From positions 1-32,000 of the forward strand of contig CAVRAI010000009.1 of assembly GCA_963718915.1 (NCBI GenBank): DNA of 32,000 nt. The letters run 5' to 3'. A model generated the notes under the pieces. The model did not search any database. It was not told the DNA's origin and worked only from the letters and a program-made list of their open reading frames with translations. This document shows, one piece after another, positions 28,681-32,000 of this stretch. The translations under genes were made by a program, and so were the position numbers. Positions within the stretch are counted from its first letter, which is position 1. Each line of letters opens with the position of its first letter. Source of the stretch: an uncultured Chloroflexia bacterium (GTDB taxonomy: Bacteria; Chloroflexota; Ktedonobacteria; Ktedonobacterales; JADMIN01).

Positions 28681-29062
28681 ATGGAACATCCCCAGATCAC
28701 ATACGGAGCGCCTTGATCTCACCGCCCGCCAGGCCGAGGCGGAACAGCAACAGCGAGCGGGCGTCATCGGGTCGATAGTCGGCGCGGACCTCAACGTCAA
28801 TCTGGTTCGGCTGCTGCCTGACGAATACCTTGAAGCGCACATCAATACCGAGGTAGACGTGCTGCTGGTCGGTCTTGGCGGCGCGGGAACCGTGGAACTG
28901 GATGGCGGCGACGAACCGCTCGACGCGGGCAGCGCCGTCTATGTGCCAAAGAACGCGCGCCGGGGCATCCGCGCGGGCAGCCAGGGCGTCACCTACTTGA
29001 CGTGCCACAGGCGGCGCGGCGGGCTGATGCCCACGCCACGGAACGCCGCTCGCCATGGCTGA
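28681..29062 (+). pseudogene. Cupin-domain gene, apparently frameshifted near its 5' end
   Basis: The cupin beta-barrel pattern is in the frame of ORF 28859..29062 and its upstream extension: LNVNLVRLLPDEYLEAHINTEVDVLLVGLGGAGTVELDGGDEPLDAGSAVYVPKNARRGI. That frame has no start codon after the stop at 28776-28778. An SD-preceded ATG at 28681 (MEHPQITYGA) lies in another frame and stops at 28714. Skipping one C in GCGCC (about 28709-28712) fuses the two frames. Confidence 0.45.
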
Positions 29063-29075
29063 TAGCTGCGCCCGT

Positions 29076-29621
29076 CTACAGGCCCGGCAGACTCCTCTCC
29101 GCACGCGCACGGCGGGGTCGTTGCACCGCCAGCCAGATGACGCCCACCAGCGCGAGGAGATAGCCGGATAGTACGACCGCTGGCCCAAAAGCCAGTGTCG
29201 CTTTTGGCTGTATGACCTCTCCATGGGAAAAGAGCAGATAGAGCGCGCAATTGAGAAAGGTAACGCCAGCGCCGAGCAGTATCAGGAGCATGCCGAATAC
29301 CCAGACACGCGCCCGTGGTGGCTGGCGACGGACCAGCAGCGACATGCCGATGGCGGCCAGCACTAGCGGAGCCGCCCAGACCCCAACAAACAGCAGGCAA
29401 TTATCAATGCCCAGTCGATACGGAGTCTGTATCGCCTGCTGGACGATCAGGACAAGCGTCTGACCGGGAATCTCGACGAAGGTGGTTGCGGGTTCGTCGG
29501 CGACGGCGGGATACGCGATCTGACCCAACGGCAGAAATGATGCGACGAAGGCCAGCGCGCCCCCCGCGAAGAGGAGACCCGCCGCCCAGAAGCGCGCGGA
29601 CCGGCCAATCGAAGTGCTGAT
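29076..29621 (-). CDS. Membrane protein, paralog 1 of a tandem pair; the start is probably non-canonical (ATC) or the gene is N-terminally truncated
   Basis: Similarity to paralog 2 extends upstream of the ORF-track TTG at 29528. Compare IGRSARFWAAGLLFAGGALAFVASFLPLGQIAYP with SGPRRIAAGLLLAGGAMAFAATFLPLEYLTYP. That upstream stretch has no ATG, GTG or TTG. GGGAGG lies 6 nt before the ATC at 29621-29619. Confidence 0.55.
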   Translation of the reverse strand: MSTSIGRSARFWAAGLLFAGGALAFVASFLPLGQIAYPAVADEPATTFVEIPGQTLVLIVQQAIQTPYRLGIDNCLLFVGVWAAPLVLAAIGMSLLVRRQPPRARVWVFGMLLILLGAGVTFLNCALYLLFSHGEVIQPKATLAFGPAVVLSGYLLALVGVIWLAVQRPRRARAERSLPGL

Positions 29622-29706
29622 ACGACGCCTCCCTTCACATGCGCAAGTGCGCGAGCTTCACCAACAGTTGCCGAGCGTTTCCTGACCCATTGACATATCC
29701 TATCGG

Positions 29707-30237
29707 TCAGGCGGTGTTTGTGTCCATGGATCTGGTACGTTGGAGCGCTAGCCAGATGATGCTTGCTAGCGCGGCGAGATAGCCCAGAAACGACAGGCCA
29801 GCCCCGTACGTGAGTACCTGCGCGACGGCTCCCGGCAGGTTCACAATGAACAAACACGAGACGAGCGTCCAGCCAGCGCCAAGGAGTACCAGAATCAGGC
29901 TGGCGATCCAGATAGCCCATCCAGGGGTCCAGCGCCGCGCCAGCAGCAGCGCCAGTCCAAAGGTTGCCAGGATGAGCGGCGCTCCCCAGAGCAGGAACGC
30001 CCAAACGCATGCCCCGATGATGTTTGACGTTTGGTTATACGAAGACTGCCGGTAGAATTGGATGACCCCGATGAAGACCTGCGCGGGGATCTGAGGACTC
30101 GCGTCGATCCTGCCGTGAGTATCTGGATACGTCAGATACTCCAGCGGCAGAAACGTCGCGGCGAAGGCCATGGCGCCGCCCGCAAGCAGGAGGCCCGCCG
30201 CGATCCGGCGCGGTCCGCTGGTTGTCGGGTGACCCAT
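29707..30237 (-). CDS. Membrane protein, paralog 2 of a tandem pair (unknown family)
   Basis: I chose the ATG at 30237 (MGHPTTSGPRR) because AAGGAG lies 7 nt upstream. There are 4-5 TM segments. The C-terminus, GYLAALASIIWLALQRTRS, parallels GYLLALVGVIWLAVQRPRR in paralog 1. Confidence 0.65.
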   Translation of the reverse strand: MGHPTTSGPRRIAAGLLLAGGAMAFAATFLPLEYLTYPDTHGRIDASPQIPAQVFIGVIQFYRQSSYNQTSNIIGACVWAFLLWGAPLILATFGLALLLARRWTPGWAIWIASLILVLLGAGWTLVSCLFIVNLPGAVAQVLTYGAGLSFLGYLAALASIIWLALQRTRSMDTNTA

Positions 30238-30254
30238 GCGCAGACTCCTTCGGA

Positions 30255-30306
30255 ATCGCCAGTATCGCCAGTATCGCCAGTATCGCCAGTATCGCCAGTA
30301 TCGCCA
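30255..30306. repeat. 9-bp tandem repeat (about 5.8 copies) immediately upstream of paralog 2
   Basis: ATCGCCAGT occurs 5 times perfectly (30255-30299), followed by the partial copy ATCGCCA. On the minus strand each unit reads GGCGATACT and so contains a GATACT hexamer. Confidence 0.9.
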
Positions 30307-30410
30307 CGACAGCGGCTTCCTGCCAACAAGTCTACGCAATCACGGCCCGATTGAACACGTATAACTCGCAGAATGACTCGCAGAGATAGCTGGCTGCGGT
30401 ATGAGCTGGT

Positions 30411-30450
30411 ACAAAAAAGCTCCTCCCGCCCAGATGTGGGAAGGAGGAGC
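30411..30450 (-). terminator. Intrinsic terminator of trxB
   Basis: The minus strand reads GCTCCTCC-TTCCCACATCTGGGCG-GGAGGAGC followed by TTTTTTGT. The stem pairs 30419-30426 with 30443-30450, and the T run is 30418-30413. It starts 20 nt after the trxB stop. Confidence 0.8.
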
Positions 30451-30469
30451 CTGTTGTGTAGAGGGAGCT

Positions 30470-31477
30470 TTATGCCGGATTCGTGGCCGTCTCGGTGGGG
30501 CGGGTCTGCCCGTATTCGCGTGGGTCGCTAACCGTTGTCGTATCGACCGCATGCTGCGCTTCGAGCCAGCGCTCGGCGTCGATGGCCGCGCGGCATCCCT
30601 CGCCCGCCGCGGTGACTGCCTGGCGGTAGCGGTGGTCGTCCACATCGCCCGCGACAAAGACGCCCGGCACGTTGGTCATCGTGTGCTCGACATGTTTGAG
30701 ATAGCCAACCTCGTTCATATCCAGAATGCCACGGAAGATCCCAGTATTCGGCTGGTGGCCAATCGCCACGAAGAACCCCTGCACCGGCAGAGTCTCCGCC
30801 GCGCCGGTCTTCAGGTTGCGCACAACCACGCCCTCGACCGCCTGCTCGCCGAGCACATCTTCCACCTCTGAGTCGAAGTGGATCGTGATCTTCGGGTGCT
30901 CGCGCACGCGCTGCTGCATGATCTTGCTGGCGCGGAAGCTATCGCGTCGGTGGATCAGATGCACCTCGGAGGCGTATTTGGTCAGGAAGAGCGCCTCTTC
31001 CATCGCCGTATCGCCGCCGCCAACCACCGCCAGCGCCCGATTACGGAAGAACGGGCCGTCACAGGTGGCGCAGCCGCTGACGCCGCGTCCCTGAAGCCGC
31101 TGCTCGTTGGGCAGGCCAATCCACTTCGCGCTGGCGCCCGTCGCCACGATCACGCTTTGGGTCAGGTAGTGTCCGTCGCTGGTCCAGAGCTGGAAGGGCC
31201 GCTGCGAGAAATCGACGCGCGTGACATCTTGAGGGACCATCTCCGCGCCAAAGCGTCGCGCCTGGGCCTCGAACTTATCCATCAGCTCCGGCCCCTGAAT
31301 GCCTTCCTCGAAACCGGGGTAGTTCTCGACCTCGCTGGTAATCATCAACTGGCCGCCAAAGGCCTCGCCCTGGAGGACGAGCGTACGCATATTCGCGCGC
31401 GCGGCATAGATTGCGGCGGTATAGCCAGCCGGGCCGGAGCCAATGATGGCAACATCATACACCGGAGAATCGCTCAT
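30470..31477 (-). CDS. trxB: Thioredoxin-disulfide reductase
   Basis: The FAD motif is VAIIGSGPAGYTAAIYAARA, the redox centre is GVSGCATCDG, and the NADPH motif is AVVGGGDTAMEEALFLT. The C-terminal region reads FVAGDV...YRQAVTAAGEGC. Confidence 0.93.
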   Translation of the reverse strand: MSDSPVYDVAIIGSGPAGYTAAIYAARANMRTLVLQGEAFGGQLMITSEVENYPGFEEGIQGPELMDKFEAQARRFGAEMVPQDVTRVDFSQRPFQLWTSDGHYLTQSVIVATGASAKWIGLPNEQRLQGRGVSGCATCDGPFFRNRALAVVGGGDTAMEEALFLTKYASEVHLIHRRDSFRASKIMQQRVREHPKITIHFDSEVEDVLGEQAVEGVVVRNLKTGAAETLPVQGFFVAIGHQPNTGIFRGILDMNEVGYLKHVEHTMTNVPGVFVAGDVDDHRYRQAVTAAGEGCRAAIDAERWLEAQHAVDTTTVSDPREYGQTRPTETATNPA

Positions 31478-31775
31478 AACTTCAGACCTTCCTCACGCGA
31501 TGCGAAACGGAGCATACACTACTTCAGACTATACCACGCCCTGATATTATACCATACCCCCGTTAGGTATGGCAACTCGCTGGCCAGCGCCAACCAGAGC
31601 CAACACGAACGTCCTCGGTGTCACATCCAGTATCCGCATCGGAAATGTGTCGCCGTACGTAGTACTATTTAGAGAGAGCGTGGACGATAAGAAAAATATT
31701 GTACGATGACCTGACCGTTGAAAGACCTGGATTCGGCTTCTCAGAGCGTCTGGCATCTGGCGGACGGAGGTGGGC

Positions 31776-32000
31776 ATGAGCATCCATATCAACCCGATCT
31801 ACCTCACTGTCGTGATTCTTGCCTGGTTCGCCGTCTATCACCTCGCCTATGCATTTATCGCCATCGCACGCGACCACTCGCTGGTCGGCTGGAGCATCGG
31901 CCCATTGGGCATCAGCGCGATCACAATGCGGGAGCCACCGGTCCGCCAGGTCATCACCCAACTCCTCTGCGCCGCGCTGGCCCTCGCCGGCGCCTCATAT
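31776..32000 (+). CDS. Partial CDS (5' end) of a membrane protein running off the window
   Basis: The ATG at 31776 is preceded by GGAGGTG. The frame is open to the window end: MSIHINPIYLTVVILAWFAVYHLAYAFIAIARDHSLVGWSIGPLGISAITM..., with hydrophobic helices. It is absent from the ORF track because it has no stop in the window. Confidence 0.45.
   Translation, partial: MSIHINPIYLTVVILAWFAVYHLAYAFIAIARDHSLVGWSIGPLGISAITMREPPVRQVITQLLCAALALAGASY

Noticed and set aside
28697-29224. A 175-aa minus-strand ORF covers the cupin region.
   Set aside because: It has no recognisable motifs and an Arg/Ala-rich composition, while the opposite strand shows a coherent cupin barrel pattern. It also overlaps the end of membrane paralog 1 in another frame.
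29447-30010. A 187-aa minus-strand ORF bridges the two membrane-protein paralogs.
   Set aside because: It lies out of frame with both hydrophobic, mutually similar paralogs, and its sequence is Arg/Ser/Pro-rich with no structure.
30238-30339. The ORF track gives paralog 2 an N-terminal extension encoding (WRY)5.
   Set aside because: No SD precedes the ATG at 30339, whereas AAGGAG lies 7 nt before the ATG at 30237. The homologous N-terminus of paralog 1 aligns with the shorter form. I therefore treat the 9-bp repeat as non-coding, while noting that the alternative is testable.
31665-31961. A 98-aa minus-strand ORF lies near the window end.
   Set aside because: It is acidic and low-complexity with no SD. 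The opposite strand has an SD-preceded ATG (31776) opening a hydrophobic membrane-protein frame that stays open to the window edge.

Overview
This is a 32-kb window of a high-GC bacterial chromosome. A Chloroflexota/Ktedonobacteria-like origin is my low-confidence guess, based on the CCCCTCTCC-hairpin plus GGGGTGAGGTC repeat family and the gene content. I support about 30 genes, mostly on the minus strand. They include an intein-containing aconitase (acnA), two ABC-2 exporter pairs, a frameshifted beta-class DNA methyltransferase, an ankyrin protein and an amidohydrolase. Next come a small XRE regulator with a membrane partner, a tandem-USP protein and a GT-C membrane glycosyltransferase. Further on are a decayed toxin with an intact antitoxin, a GNAT, tyrS, a DUF4111-type nucleotidyltransferase, a CheY-like receiver and a PAP2 phosphatase. 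The last third holds two ECF sigma loci (one with a zf-HC2/BNR-propeller anti-sigma), a frameshifted cupin, two tandem paralogous membrane proteins and trxB. I saw no tRNA, rRNA or CRISPR array. The main second-look items are: (1) a 517-aa LAGLIDADG intein inserted exactly in the GCTTCIGNSG Fe-S ligand motif of aconitase; (2) a visibly lower-GC island (about 14.83-18.17 kb) with a divergent promoter region, an unrecognisable 311-aa protein carrying an R-x4-H motif, and an operon of two divergent XRE-like paralogs plus a helical protein; (3) a 500-bp gene-free, stem-rich gap upstream of an ABC operon; (4) recurrent 9-11-bp tandem repeat arrays in 5' regulatory regions; (5) three single-nucleotide frameshifts, all in accessory genes; (6) a tyrS whose HIGH signature reads QIGN. 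All domain calls were made by eye from motifs in the supplied translations. No searches or computations were run.
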